Assembly (NCBI GenBank): GCA_047285305.1
Contig: JBJBDL010000003.1
Coordinates: 1,152,001 to 1,216,000, forward strand
Direction: 5' to 3'
DNA length: 64,000 nucleotides
DNA from: Synechococcus sp.
GTDB taxonomy: Bacteria > Cyanobacteriota > Cyanobacteriia > PCC-6307 > Cyanobiaceae
Under the pieces are notes generated by a model. The model was not told the DNA's origin. It ran no database searches and was given only the letters and a program-made list of their open reading frames with translations. Within the stretch, counting starts at the first letter, position 1. Each line of letters starts with the position of its first letter. A program made the translations under genes and the position numbers. Below are positions 40,314 to 50,334 of the stretch, one piece after another.

Positions 40314-41392
40314 GCGGGATTCAGGCGCCGTCTGGATTTCGGGAGATGAGGTTGGTGCTGCTCCAACACGGCGGTTTGGCAAGCCTCACCGGCAAGACCG
40401 GTCTGGCCATGCTCCGCCACCGTGCTGGACCGATCGTTGCGGTGATAGATCCCGAACATGCGGGCCAGTCTCTGCAACACGTCACCGGGATCGACCGTGA
40501 CGTGCCGGTGGTCGCGGATTTGGCTGCTGCTCTGCCCTACAAGCCTGAGGTTGCTGTGGTTGGCCTGGCTCCTTCGGGGGGGCGGCTGCCTGATCCTGTC
40601 CGCCACGACGCATTGGCGGCGTTGCGCGCAGGCCTTCATCTCGCCAGCGGACTGCACACCCACCTGGCCGATGATCCCGAACTGGCAGAAGCCTGTTGGC
40701 ACGACCGTTGGATCTGGGATCTGCGCCGGGAGCCGGAAGGACTCAACGTTGGCCAGGCACGCGCCGCAGAGCTTCCTTGTCGGCGCCTTCTGGCAATTGG
40801 CACCGACATGGCCGTCGGCAAGATGAGCGCATGCCTGTCTCTTCTGGAGGCAGCCCAGCGCTCCGGGATCCCCGCGCGCTTTGTGGGGACAGGGCAGGCC
40901 GGAATTCTGATCAGCGGAGAAGGGGTCGCTCTGGATGCTGTGCGCGTCGATTACGCCGCCGGTGCGGTGGAGGAGGCGGTGCTTCGCGCGGCGGATGCTC
41001 TTCCAAAGCAGGGTCTTGTGCTGGTGGAGGGGCAGGGATCGCTCTGCCATCCGGCCTCCTCGGCCATGTTGCCCCTGTTACGGGGCACGCAGCCGACGAC
41101 CCTGTTGCTCGTGCATCGGGCAGCACAGCAGACAATTGATCGGCTGCCTCAGATCCCGCTTCCAAGCCTTGAGGCCTTGGTTGCCACCACTGAAGCCCTG
41201 GCAAGCTGGGCTCGGCCTGATGGGGCAGCTGAGCCAGCCAAGGTGGCCGCTGTCGCCCTCAACACCGCCCGCCTTGATGAGGCTCATGCTCGAGAAGAGG
41301 TGGATCGGATCGGCCAGATGCTGGGTCTGCCCTGCACGGATCCGATCCGCTGGGGAGCTGAACCTCTCCTCAGAGCCTTGTTGAGTTGTTGA
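40310..41392 (+). CDS. DUF1611 domain protein
   Basis: GTDMAVGKM, GTGQAG, EGQGSL; coupled to the epimerase. Confidence 0.88.
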   Translation: MSGIQAPSGFREMRLVLLQHGGLASLTGKTGLAMLRHRAGPIVAVIDPEHAGQSLQHVTGIDRDVPVVADLAAALPYKPEVAVVGLAPSGGRLPDPVRHDALAALRAGLHLASGLHTHLADDPELAEACWHDRWIWDLRREPEGLNVGQARAAELPCRRLLAIGTDMAVGKMSACLSLLEAAQRSGIPARFVGTGQAGILISGEGVALDAVRVDYAAGAVEEAVLRAADALPKQGLVLVEGQGSLCHPASSAMLPLLRGTQPTTLLLVHRAAQQTIDRLPQIPLPSLEALVATTEALASWARPDGAAEPAKVAAVALNTARLDEAHAREEVDRIGQMLGLPCTDPIRWGAEPLLRALLSC

Positions 41393-41395
41393 GAG

Positions 41396-41468
41396 GGCGA
41401 GCGAGGGGATTCGAACCCCCGAATAGCGGCGCCACAAGCCGCTGCCTTAACCACTTGGCGACGCCCGC
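41396..41468 (-). tRNA. trnH: tRNA-His(GTG)
   Basis: GCGGGCG...GCGGC-TTGTGGC-GCCGC...GTTCGAATC; encoded G-1. Confidence 0.95.
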
Positions 41469-41510
41469 CGCGTCCGTGAGAATCTACCAACACGAGCTGC
41501 AGCCCGCCTG

Positions 41511-41942
41511 GTGTCCTCTTCATCGCGTCCGCAAGGTCGGTCTGCTCTGGTGATGTTGGCGGGGGGGATTGCAGCGGCCGGGGTGCTGTCGCTGGTGGTG
41601 TCCAACCCGTCGTTGGAGGACTATCAAGCTCATGCCGGTGATCAGCTGGTCCGTTTGGGCACCAAGGAACTGTGCAACGAGCCGACCCTGCCGATGGTGC
41701 TGCGTCTTTGGATTCGCAACTGCCCTGAACTGATTGCCTCCCAGCGGGATGCACTGGCGGCGTTGGCGGGTCAGTTCACCACTCGTCGAAACTTGTTAGT
41801 GGCCAGTCTGTATTCCACACGGATGGAAAGGAAGGAGATGCTGCCCGGTCTGCGCCTGCCTGGTTTTGAAGTGCTCAGCCTTGGTGTGGCCGGTCGTTTC
41901 GTGGTCCTCAGCACCGATGCCAGCAACGGTGCTGAGCGGTGA
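41511..41942 (+). CDS. DUF4359-like protein
   Basis: TM segment then SNPSLEDY...TTRRNLLVASLYST...GVAGRF. Confidence 0.75.
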   Translation: MSSSSRPQGRSALVMLAGGIAAAGVLSLVVSNPSLEDYQAHAGDQLVRLGTKELCNEPTLPMVLRLWIRNCPELIASQRDALAALAGQFTTRRNLLVASLYSTRMERKEMLPGLRLPGFEVLSLGVAGRFVVLSTDASNGAER

Positions 41943-43219
41943 TGGACGCCCCGTCGCTTGAATCCAAGCCGGGGAGTGGTGTCCTTGAGGCCTGGGCGCC
42001 CCTGGGGCTCCTGGATTTCGCCCCTTCAACGCCCTTGCCGGAGGTCGAGAAGCAAGGGCTGACGCCCGTGCGCCTTGCCTGGGATCAGGGGCGCTTGCGG
42101 GAGCCCCAGCCCCTGCCCGCCGAACATGTGCCACCGTCTCGAATGGTGCTGTCGCGCTTGGTCGACTGCCATGTCCATTTGGACAAGGCCTACACCTGGC
42201 AGGAGCATCCCAACCTCAGAGGTAGCTACGGAGGTGCCCTGGAGGCCAATCTGCGGGAGCACAGCACCCGAACCATGGCCTGCGTGCTTCAACGCGGAGA
42301 ACGCGCCATGGAGAGGGCATTCGTCCATGGGCTGCGGGCCATGCGGAGCCATGTGGACAGTGGTGGCCCTGGCGCTGAGCCCAGCTGGGAGGCCTTGCTC
42401 ACCCTGCAGCAGCGCTGGCGCCGCCGTATCGACTTGCAGCTGGTGGCGCTGGTGCCCTTGGAATTCTGGTGTTCAGCTGAAGCGGATGCTCTGGCGCGTC
42501 GTGTGGCCGCCAGTGGCGGCTGTCTGGGTGGTGTTTTGACACCTCCTTGTGAATCGGCCGTGGTCACGGAGCAGTTGGAGGTGTTGTTGCGCCTGGCTGA
42601 TCGCCACAACTGCGGCGTCGATTTGCACATCGATGAGGCGGATCACGGTCCGGCGGAGGGCATGGTTCAGCTGTTGAAAGCGCTGCAGCGCGTGCCGGTG
42701 CAGGTTCCCGTCACCTGCAGCCATGCCAGCAGTCTTTCCCTTCTGCCGGCGTCATGTCTGGCGCGGTTGGCAGAGCGCATGGCAGCAGCGCAGCTCAGTG
42801 TGATTGCCCTGCCCCTTACCAATGCCTGGTTGCTCGCACGGGCGGAAGATGCCACCCCCCTTCAGCGTCCGCAGGCCCCGATCCGTCAGTTGCAACGTTC
42901 TGGTGTTCCGGTGGCGGTGGCGGGTGACAACGTGGCCGACCCCTGGTTCCCGGGAGGTGACTTCGACCCCTTGGCCCTTCTGGCCGCATCGATGCCGTTG
43001 ACTCAGTTGCTGCCCTGGCAGCGCCTGGGCCTGGCCCCTTTCACTACAGCACCACCCGCCATTCTTCAACTGCAATGGGATGGGGTGCTGCGGGCCGGCG
43101 CTCCTGCCGATCTGATCTGCATGGAGGGCCAGGGATGGTCGGACCTGATCCGTTGTGCTCCGCAGCGTCAGGTTCTCGTGGACGGCCACTGGCAGTCGTC
43201 ACAGGGCGCTAGACCCTGA
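41939..43219 (+). CDS. Cytosine deaminase-like amidohydrolase
   Basis: DCHVHLDKA, DLHIDE, TCSH, GDNVADPW. Confidence 0.88.
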   Translation: MMDAPSLESKPGSGVLEAWAPLGLLDFAPSTPLPEVEKQGLTPVRLAWDQGRLREPQPLPAEHVPPSRMVLSRLVDCHVHLDKAYTWQEHPNLRGSYGGALEANLREHSTRTMACVLQRGERAMERAFVHGLRAMRSHVDSGGPGAEPSWEALLTLQQRWRRRIDLQLVALVPLEFWCSAEADALARRVAASGGCLGGVLTPPCESAVVTEQLEVLLRLADRHNCGVDLHIDEADHGPAEGMVQLLKALQRVPVQVPVTCSHASSLSLLPASCLARLAERMAAAQLSVIALPLTNAWLLARAEDATPLQRPQAPIRQLQRSGVPVAVAGDNVADPWFPGGDFDPLALLAASMPLTQLLPWQRLGLAPFTTAPPAILQLQWDGVLRAGAPADLICMEGQGWSDLIRCAPQRQVLVDGHWQSSQGARP

Positions 43220-43237
43220 CCAGTGTTCCGCCACGCC

Positions 43238-44587
43238 ATGGGTCGCGCCGAAGCCTTGATTGCCCTGCGGCAAGCCCTCAGTGCTGATCCGGAACTGGAG
43301 TTGTTGGAGGAACTAGGGGAGCTGAAGCGCCATTCCCTGGACGCCTTTGAGTACTCCCCCGTCCTTACGCCGCGGCTGGAGGCCTGCCGTGCTGAGTTGG
43401 TGGTCCGCCCGCGCACGGTGGATGCCGTCGAAAGGCTGGCTTCGGCCTGCGCCGTGCACCAGGTTCCCTTAACCCTGCGCGGCTCTGGGACAGGGAACTA
43501 CGGCCAGTGTGTGCCTCTGCAGGGCGGGGTGGTGATGCTCACCACCGCCCTGCGGCAGATCCGCTCGATTGATCCGATCACCGGGGTGGTGACCGTGGAA
43601 CCGGGCTGTGTGATGCGCGATCTGGATCAGGAGTTGCGCCGCCATGGACGCCAGCTGCGCTTGATGCCCAGCACCTGGCGCAGCGCCACCATTGGCGGCT
43701 TTGTTGCAGGGGGTTCTGGGGGCATCGGTTCGCTGCGCTGGGGCTTTCTGCGGGATCCAGGCCATCTGCTCGGGTTGGAGATCGTGTCGCTACGTGCCGA
43801 TGCCCAGCGCCATCTACTCGGCGAGATGGATGCGGAGGCCTTGAATCACGCCTATGGCACCAACGGCATCATCACGGCCCTCAGCCTGGCCACGGCTCCA
43901 GCGGTCAACTGGCACCAGGTGAGTGTGGACTGCGAGCACTGGGAGCAGGCGATTGAGCTGATGCAACGGATAGCTGCCTCGGCCTTGGATCTCCATTTGG
44001 CGACCCTGCTGGAACAGCCGCTGCTGTCCCGGATGCCCGGCTGGGCTGGCCCTGTCGTCTCCGCGCACCGGCTGCTGTTGCTCGTTGCACCCGATGGGCT
44101 CAACAGCCTGCAACGGATGGCGCAGTCAGCCGGCGCCAACCTGCGGGATCTCGGCCCTGAGGATCTCTCTGGGGGCAATGGCTTGCGCGAGCTGAGCTGG
44201 AACCACACCACCCTGCATGTGCGGGCTTCAGAGCCGGGATGGACCTACCTGCAGATGCTGTTGCCGCGACCGGAGGCCCCAGCGATGGCGGCATTGAAGC
44301 AGCGCTGGGGTGATGCTCTGCTCTGGCATCTCGAGCTTGTGCGTCAGCAGGGCTGTCCTCGGCTGGCGGCACTGCCGCTCGTGCGTTGGCAGGGGGCAGA
44401 ACAGCTGAACCGGTTGATGGACGACTGCAGGTCCGCGGGTGCCGTGTTGTTCAACCCCCACGTGATCACGGTGGAAGACGGCGGCCTTGGCGTCATCGAT
44501 GCCGATCAGGTGGCGGCCAAGCAGCGCTTTGATCCCGAGGGGTTGCTCAATCCCGGCAAGCTTCGGGGTTGGGAGGAGCGCTCCTGA
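43238..44587 (+). CDS. FAD-binding oxidoreductase
   Basis: RGSGTGNYGQ, ATIGGFVAGG, DPEGLLNPGK. Confidence 0.88.
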   Translation: MGRAEALIALRQALSADPELELLEELGELKRHSLDAFEYSPVLTPRLEACRAELVVRPRTVDAVERLASACAVHQVPLTLRGSGTGNYGQCVPLQGGVVMLTTALRQIRSIDPITGVVTVEPGCVMRDLDQELRRHGRQLRLMPSTWRSATIGGFVAGGSGGIGSLRWGFLRDPGHLLGLEIVSLRADAQRHLLGEMDAEALNHAYGTNGIITALSLATAPAVNWHQVSVDCEHWEQAIELMQRIAASALDLHLATLLEQPLLSRMPGWAGPVVSAHRLLLLVAPDGLNSLQRMAQSAGANLRDLGPEDLSGGNGLRELSWNHTTLHVRASEPGWTYLQMLLPRPEAPAMAALKQRWGDALLWHLELVRQQGCPRLAALPLVRWQGAEQLNRLMDDCRSAGAVLFNPHVITVEDGGLGVIDADQVAAKQRFDPEGLLNPGKLRGWEERS

Positions 44588-44590
44588 GGA

Positions 44591-45112
44591 TCAGCAGCCC
44601 AGACTGTCGAAGGTGGAGACTCCGGTGCTGGGGTTGATCCCATCGGCCTCGCCGCACAGCCGGCGTTGATCATCACGATCGAGCAGGGCATCAGTGAAAT
44701 CGGCCCCCTCGATCTGAGCGTTGCTGAAGCTGCTGCCCGACGCAATGATTCCGGTCAGGACCGCATTGCGTAGATCGGTGGCGACGAAGTCGGCGCGATC
44801 CATCAGTGCATCGGAGAGGTCAGCTCCCTGGAAATCAGCTTCGGCGAAGGCCCCTTGGGTGAGGATCGCGCCATGCAGGTTGGCGCCTCGGAAATTCGCT
44901 CCGCGGCCCACGGCTCCGGCGAAGGATGTGTTGGCCAGGTTCTGCCCCTCGAAGTCGCCGTTGCTCTGGTTAGTGAGCGTGTAGTCCACCATCTCCTGGA
45001 ACAGGGCACGATCCTGCAGTCCCACCCCAGCCGAGGTGTCCAGGGCCTGGGCCGGCGTTGCCATGAGCAGAAGGGGCAGGAGAAGGCCCAGCAACCGGGA
45101 GATTCGCAGCAC
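44591..45112 (-). CDS. Pentapeptide repeat protein (exported)
   Basis: Signal peptide; A(D/N)(F/L)xx repeats. Confidence 0.88.
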   Translation of the reverse strand: MLRISRLLGLLLPLLLMATPAQALDTSAGVGLQDRALFQEMVDYTLTNQSNGDFEGQNLANTSFAGAVGRGANFRGANLHGAILTQGAFAEADFQGADLSDALMDRADFVATDLRNAVLTGIIASGSSFSNAQIEGADFTDALLDRDDQRRLCGEADGINPSTGVSTFDSLGC

Positions 45113-45132
45113 AGTCCACGCACAAGCTCTGC

Positions 45133-46347
45133 TTACTCTGCCGTTACAACGCCGCGAGCGAACAGGTCACCGATCAGATACAGCGATCCGGCAACAATCG
45201 GTACCGGTGTCGGCCATCCATTGCTGCTGAGCTGGTGCAGCACGCTTTCGAGGCCGTCGGCCTCCTGCAGCTGATGCTCGAGTAGGGGCAGTTCCTGGAG
45301 GAGGGCCGAACGGCTCCAGCTCCTGTGGCTCGGCACCGGAATGATCCAGGCCTGGTCCTGGGGCTGAAGCAGCGTCTGGAGCATGGCGACAGCGTCCTTA
45401 TGGGCCTGAATCGCCAGGATCCAAACAACACCGTTGCAGGCACCACTCCACTGGCTGCGTTCTTCGGCCAGCTGCACTGCGGCCGGTGGATTGTGGGCTC
45501 CATCGAGGCGAAGCTTGTGGTGGCCCCAATGCACTGTTTGCAGGCGACCTGGCCAGTGGGCTTTGGCGAAGCCCTTCTTAATCACAGCCTCAGGCAACGA
45601 CCAGCCCAAGTCCGTGAGGGCTTGCAAGGCACCGAGGGCTACAGCGGCGTTACTTCGCTGAATGGCGCCGGGCAAGCCCAGTTGCCAGCTTGAATTCAGG
45701 GGCTTCACCCAGTGGAGCGTGGCCTGCTGAGTGCGGCAGGTTGTTTCCAGGACCTCCTGCACTTCAGGGGCTTGGGCGCCACTGATCACGGTGGCCTGAG
45801 GCGGGATCGCTGCCGCTTTTTCGGTTGCGATGGCGGTGAGGCTGTTGCCCAGGTGCTCGCAGTGGTCCATCCCAATGCTGGCGACGGCCACCACAGGACG
45901 GCAGGGATGGGCCGTGGTGGCATCAAGCCGTCCCCCCAGTCCCACTTCCAGCACCAGCAGGTCGCAGGCGTGCTGGTGGAACTCCAACAGGGCTGCGGTC
46001 ACAAGCAGTTCAAACGGGGTGAGCCGATGCCGTTCGTTCAGGGGCTGGAGTTCCTGCAACCGGCTGCGCAGGGTCTCAATCGCAATGGGGGTCCCCTGGA
46101 TCCGGATGCGTTCGCACCAGCTCACCAGGTGAGGGGAGGTGGTGACCCCGCAGCAGAGGCCGGCGGCACAGAGGGCTGATTCCAGAAAGCTGACGATGGA
46201 TCCCTTCCCGTTGGTGCCAAGCACCTGGATCGCGGGAATCGTCCGACAGGGATGGTCGAGCTCGTGCAGGGCCAAATGCATGCGATCCAACTGCAGATCC
46301 ATGCCACGCAGGTCGAAGCGTGGGATCAGATCAGACAGATCGTCCAC
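45133..46347 (-). CDS. folC: Folylpolyglutamate synthase/dihydrofolate synthase
   Basis: GTNGKGS, TSPHL, EVGLGGRLDAT, WPGR, DGAHN. Confidence 0.95.
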   Translation of the reverse strand: MDDLSDLIPRFDLRGMDLQLDRMHLALHELDHPCRTIPAIQVLGTNGKGSIVSFLESALCAAGLCCGVTTSPHLVSWCERIRIQGTPIAIETLRSRLQELQPLNERHRLTPFELLVTAALLEFHQHACDLLVLEVGLGGRLDATTAHPCRPVVAVASIGMDHCEHLGNSLTAIATEKAAAIPPQATVISGAQAPEVQEVLETTCRTQQATLHWVKPLNSSWQLGLPGAIQRSNAAVALGALQALTDLGWSLPEAVIKKGFAKAHWPGRLQTVHWGHHKLRLDGAHNPPAAVQLAEERSQWSGACNGVVWILAIQAHKDAVAMLQTLLQPQDQAWIIPVPSHRSWSRSALLQELPLLEHQLQEADGLESVLHQLSSNGWPTPVPIVAGSLYLIGDLFARGVVTAE

Positions 46348-47529
46348 TCAGCTGAGGCTGGAGAGGGTTGCCGCCAGACGGCGCAGCAGTTCGCGCACCT
46401 CGCGCTTGTTGATGGTCAGTGGTGGCACCATGCGCAGCACTGAGGGGCCTGCCGCCACCAGCAGCAGGCCGTGGTCGATGGCGGCTTTCGCAAGTGCGGG
46501 GGCCGTCCAATTGCTGCCCTCCCGGATGACGATGCCCTGCAGCAGGCCCCAGCCCCGCACGCCTTGGAGGTGCTCGGGGAAACAGTTCACAAGCTCCTGG
46601 AGCCCGTCGCGCATTTGTTCGCCTCGGGCTGTGACGTTGGTCAGCAGATCTCGTCGTTCGATTTCGGTGGCCACCGTCAACCCCGCCCGGCAGGCGAAAG
46701 GATTGCCGCCGAAGGTGCTGGCATGGTCGCCGGGTTCAAAAACATCAGCTGACGCATTCACCAGCAGGGCTCCAATGGCATGGCCACCGCCCAGGCCTTT
46801 GGCCAGGGTGAAGGCGTCAGGGGTGATGCCCAGTTGCTCATAGCCCCAGAGGCGGCCACTCCGCCCCATGCCTATCTGCACCTCATCAAGGATCAGCAGG
46901 ATGTTCCGCTCCGTGCAGATCTCGCGCAGGCGTGAGAAGAAAGCGCGGTCTCCAGGGTTGACCCCACCCTCACCTTGCAGGGGTTCAACCAGAACGGCCG
47001 CGATCGAGGGACCGGCCTGTTCGTAGCGGTTGATCAGGGCTTCGAGGGCCTTCAGATCGTTGTAGGGGAAATAATCAAAACCGGTCACCAAGGGCTCAAA
47101 ACCCTTGTGGTACTTGGGCTGACCGGTGGCGGTGACCGCCGCGAGTGTGCGGCCATGGAAGCTGGCTGCTGCTGTGAGGATCACGGGCCGCTCGATGCCG
47201 CGCCGTTGATGGCCGTGTTTGCGCGCCAGCTTGATCGCGGCTTCATTGGCTTCGGCGCCGGAATTGCAGAAGAAGACGCTGTCGGCACAGCTGTTGCGCA
47301 CCAGCCAGCTTGCCAGCTCTTCCTGTTCCGGAATCCGATAGAGGTTGGAAACGTGCTGGAGACGTCCCAGCTGCTTGCGGAGAGCCCGCTGCATGGCTCT
47401 GTCGCTGTGGCCCAGGGTGCAGGTGGCAATACCAGCAACAGCATCCAGGTAGCGCCGCCCTTTGGTGTCCTTGACCCAGCAGCCTTTCCCCTTGGCCAGA
47501 GCCAAAGGGAAACGGCCGTAGGTGTTCAT
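46348..47529 (-). CDS. argD: Acetylornithine aminotransferase
   Basis: NSGAEANEAAIK, SFHGRT, EPLQGEGG, DEVQ, AKGLGGG. Confidence 0.93.
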   Translation of the reverse strand: MNTYGRFPLALAKGKGCWVKDTKGRRYLDAVAGIATCTLGHSDRAMQRALRKQLGRLQHVSNLYRIPEQEELASWLVRNSCADSVFFCNSGAEANEAAIKLARKHGHQRRGIERPVILTAAASFHGRTLAAVTATGQPKYHKGFEPLVTGFDYFPYNDLKALEALINRYEQAGPSIAAVLVEPLQGEGGVNPGDRAFFSRLREICTERNILLILDEVQIGMGRSGRLWGYEQLGITPDAFTLAKGLGGGHAIGALLVNASADVFEPGDHASTFGGNPFACRAGLTVATEIERRDLLTNVTARGEQMRDGLQELVNCFPEHLQGVRGWGLLQGIVIREGSNWTAPALAKAAIDHGLLLVAAGPSVLRMVPPLTINKREVRELLRRLAATLSSLS

Positions 47530-47542
47530 GACGGCGGAGGGA

Positions 47543-47625
47543 TGGGAGCCGGGGGACTTGAACCCCCAAGACCAGTGGCCGGCTGATTTTGAGTCAGCTG
47601 CGTCTACCAATTCCGCCAGGCTCCC
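47543..47625 (-). tRNA. trnL: tRNA-Leu(CAA)
   Basis: GGGAGCC...GCTGA-CTCAAAA-TCAGC...GTTCAAGTC. Confidence 0.95.
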
Positions 47626-47658
47626 GCACAGGGATTGTATTGATTGAAGGGCCCCTCT

Positions 47659-48960
47659 TCAGAGGATGTTGCGCTTCACCTCAGCGCCGGCAGCGCTGAG
47701 CTTGGCTTCGAGGTCGTCGTAACCCCGATCAAGGTGCTTGAGACCAGCCACTTCCGTGATTCCTTTGGCGGAGAGGCCAGCCAGCACCATGGCAGCGGCT
47801 GCACGGAGGTCGGTGCCGGTGACGGGCGCCGCGCTCAGCTGAGCCACGCCTTCAACGATTGCTGTGCTGCCCTTGAGCCGAATCGATGCACCCATGCGCT
47901 GCAGCTCGGCCACATGTTGCAGCCGGTTTTCATAGATCTTTTCGCTGATCACGCTGGTGCCCTTCGCTGTGCACATAAGGGCCATGAACGGTGCCTGAAG
48001 ATCGGTTGGAAACCCTGGAAACGGTTGGGTGGTGATGTCCACGGCCGTGATCTCGCCGGGGGTGATCGTCACTGCCCTCCCCTTGATCTCGATGGAGCAG
48101 CCGCAATCGCGAAGCTTTTGGATCACAGCGCTGAGATGTTCGGGAATGACGGGCTCGACCACCATTGGTGAGCGCGTGATGGCGGCCGCCATTAGGAACG
48201 TTCCGGCTTCGATGCGATCCGGGATCACCGGATAGTTGGTGCAACCACCGAGCCGCTCCACGCCTTTAACGGTGATCACCGGTCCGCCAGCGCCGCTGAC
48301 CTGGGCGCCCATGCTGTTGAGCAAGTTGGCTAGGTCCTGCACTTCAGGTTCCTGAGCAGCATTTTCGATGGTGGAGACCCCATCGGCCAGAACCGCTGCC
48401 ATCAGAATGGTTTCGGTGGCGCCAACGCTGGGGCAGTCGAGCACGATCTGAGCGCCTGTCAGGCGTTTTTTGCTACCGGGCACTGAGGCAGTGACAATTC
48501 CGTGCTCCACGTTGACGACGGCACCGAGGGCTTTCAGGCCGCGGATGTGTTCGACGACGGGACGTGCCCCGATGCGGCATCCCCCAGGAAGTGGGACCCT
48601 CGCGTGTCCCAGACGTCCGAGCAGGGGACCAATGCTGAAAAAACTGGCGCGAAGGCTGTTGACAAGTTCGTAGGGAGGGGCCGAGCCACTGAGCTGGGCG
48701 GCGGTGAGGCGAATGCATTCCGACTGCCTGTCGACCTGAACCCCCAGCGCTTCAAGGATGGCGCTCATGCCATCGATGTCTGTGAGAGAGGGAATGTTGG
48801 TCAGCTCAATGCTCTCCTCACTAAGGATGCTTGCTGTCATCAGCACCAGGGCTGAGTTTTTCGCGCCGCTGACGCGAAGCGTTCCCTTCAAGGCGTGTCC
48901 GCCGCTGACATTGAGGCGTTGCTTGAGACTCTCCTGAGACGCTTCTGCAACGGCCATCAT
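47659..48960 (-). CDS. murA: UDP-N-acetylglucosamine 1-carboxyvinyltransferase
   Basis: GAKNS, LPGGCRIGAR, PDRIEAGT, PGFPTDLQ. Confidence 0.97.
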   Translation of the reverse strand: MMAVAEASQESLKQRLNVSGGHALKGTLRVSGAKNSALVLMTASILSEESIELTNIPSLTDIDGMSAILEALGVQVDRQSECIRLTAAQLSGSAPPYELVNSLRASFFSIGPLLGRLGHARVPLPGGCRIGARPVVEHIRGLKALGAVVNVEHGIVTASVPGSKKRLTGAQIVLDCPSVGATETILMAAVLADGVSTIENAAQEPEVQDLANLLNSMGAQVSGAGGPVITVKGVERLGGCTNYPVIPDRIEAGTFLMAAAITRSPMVVEPVIPEHLSAVIQKLRDCGCSIEIKGRAVTITPGEITAVDITTQPFPGFPTDLQAPFMALMCTAKGTSVISEKIYENRLQHVAELQRMGASIRLKGSTAIVEGVAQLSAAPVTGTDLRAAAAMVLAGLSAKGITEVAGLKHLDRGYDDLEAKLSAAGAEVKRNIL

Positions 48961-49109
48961 CGATGAGCTGATCCCCTATGTCCGGATTTTGGCAACAGTC
49001 TTTGAGACCGTCTAGACGGCCGGCGTTCAAACTGGATAGTTTGTTACGGGGCCGGGGCAGCCACAGATCGGCGATGCCCTATGTTCTTCACGTCGAACAC
49101 GACACGCCA

Positions 49110-49193
49110 GCGGATGTGGCGGAATTGGTAGACGCGCTAGTTTCAGGTACTAGTGGTGGCAACATCGTGGGAGTTCAAGTCTCCCCATCCGCA
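49110..49193 (+). tRNA. trnL: tRNA-Leu(CAG)
   Basis: GCGGATG...CTAGT-TTCAGGT-ACTAG...GTTCAAGTC...CATCCGC-A. Confidence 0.94.
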
Positions 49194-49225
49194 TTAACTT
49201 TGTCGGGTAGCAGCTCTCGACAAAA

Positions 49226-49474
49226 ATGATCGTTCTCAAGATCTCCAACGCTTCGGAAGTTGTTGCTTCCAAAGTTGGCAAGTTCCTTGAGCTGCTCACA
49301 CCTGATTCCATTGATCACGCCACAGTTGAGGATCAAGTAATCAAAAAGATGATCGAAAATCTTGCAGCTGAAGGAATCAAGGGTGAGATTGCAGCCATCA
49401 ACGGCCTTGAGTTGGATGGTGAAAATCTGAGCGTCCACAAAGGCCTGAATGTGCGCAAACACGCAGCGTTCTGA
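49226..49474 (+). CDS. Conserved hypothetical protein
   Basis: 82 aa ATG ORF between the tRNA and the methyltransferase. Confidence 0.7.
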   Translation: MIVLKISNASEVVASKVGKFLELLTPDSIDHATVEDQVIKKMIENLAAEGIKGEIAAINGLELDGENLSVHKGLNVRKHAAF

Positions 49475-50334
49475 GTCGTTCTCTGGATTCCTCCTCTCCC
49501 CTGATCAGCAGCCGACGCAATCCTCTGGTCAAACGGCTGCGAACCCTGGCCACCCGTGCAGGGCGAGAGGCCGAGGGGCTTTTGCTTCTTGAGGGCACCC
49601 ACCTGTTGCAGGAAGTTCTCAGATATGGCAACGCGCCCGAGGAAATCATCGCGACCGAAGCCTGGTTGCAAGGTCATTCGGCCGTGGCTGAACGTTGTTC
49701 CCAGGCGCGATGGCGGATCGTCACCGATGAGGTGTTGCGGGCTGCGCTCACAACGGTCACACCCGATGGTGTTGCCTGCCTGAGCCCCCTGGATCAACTG
49801 CCAACCGTGGCTCCAGAGCTGGATTTTCTGCTTGTTCTGGATCGGATTCAGGATCCTGGGAATCTGGGCACATTGCTGCGCACTGCTCTGGCGGCTGACG
49901 TCAACGCGGTCTGGATGGGAGCTGGTGTTGATCCCCTCGGCACGAAGGTGTTGCGGGCCTCTGCCGGTGCTCTGCTTCAACTGCCGCATCAACGCTTTGG
50001 CCCGAGCGAAGCGATGGCGATTTCACAGCTTCAGCAGGAACTGAAGCAGCTCGTGGCCTTGGGTGTGCAAGTGGTGGCGACCCTTGTGCCCGATGCGACC
50101 AAGGCTGATCCTCCTTCTCCCTACTGGGATCTCGACTGGACTCTGCCGACGGCGCTGGTGCTGGGAACCGAGGGTGCAGGTCTGCATCCGGACCTGCAGG
50201 CCTGCTGCACCCATGCCGTCACGCTCCCCCACAGCGCACGGGTGGAATCCCTGAATGTGGCGTCTGCCGCTGTTCCTCTCCTTCTGGAGCGGCGAAGAGC
50301 GACAATGACCGCCACATCGCAGCAGTTCGGGTGA
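49471..50334 (+). CDS. TrmH/SpoU-family RNA methyltransferase (probable CTG start)
   Basis: ISSRRNPLVK, LEG, QDPGNLGTLLRTA, GTEGAGL, ESLNVA. Confidence 0.9.
   Translation: MSRSLDSSSPLISSRRNPLVKRLRTLATRAGREAEGLLLLEGTHLLQEVLRYGNAPEEIIATEAWLQGHSAVAERCSQARWRIVTDEVLRAALTTVTPDGVACLSPLDQLPTVAPELDFLLVLDRIQDPGNLGTLLRTALAADVNAVWMGAGVDPLGTKVLRASAGALLQLPHQRFGPSEAMAISQLQQELKQLVALGVQVVATLVPDATKADPPSPYWDLDWTLPTALVLGTEGAGLHPDLQACCTHAVTLPHSARVESLNVASAAVPLLLERRRATMTATSQQFG

Noticed and set aside
47530..47610. N-terminal extension of ArgD in the ORF track
   Set aside because: Reads through tRNA-Leu(CAA); the conserved start is MNTYGRF at 47529
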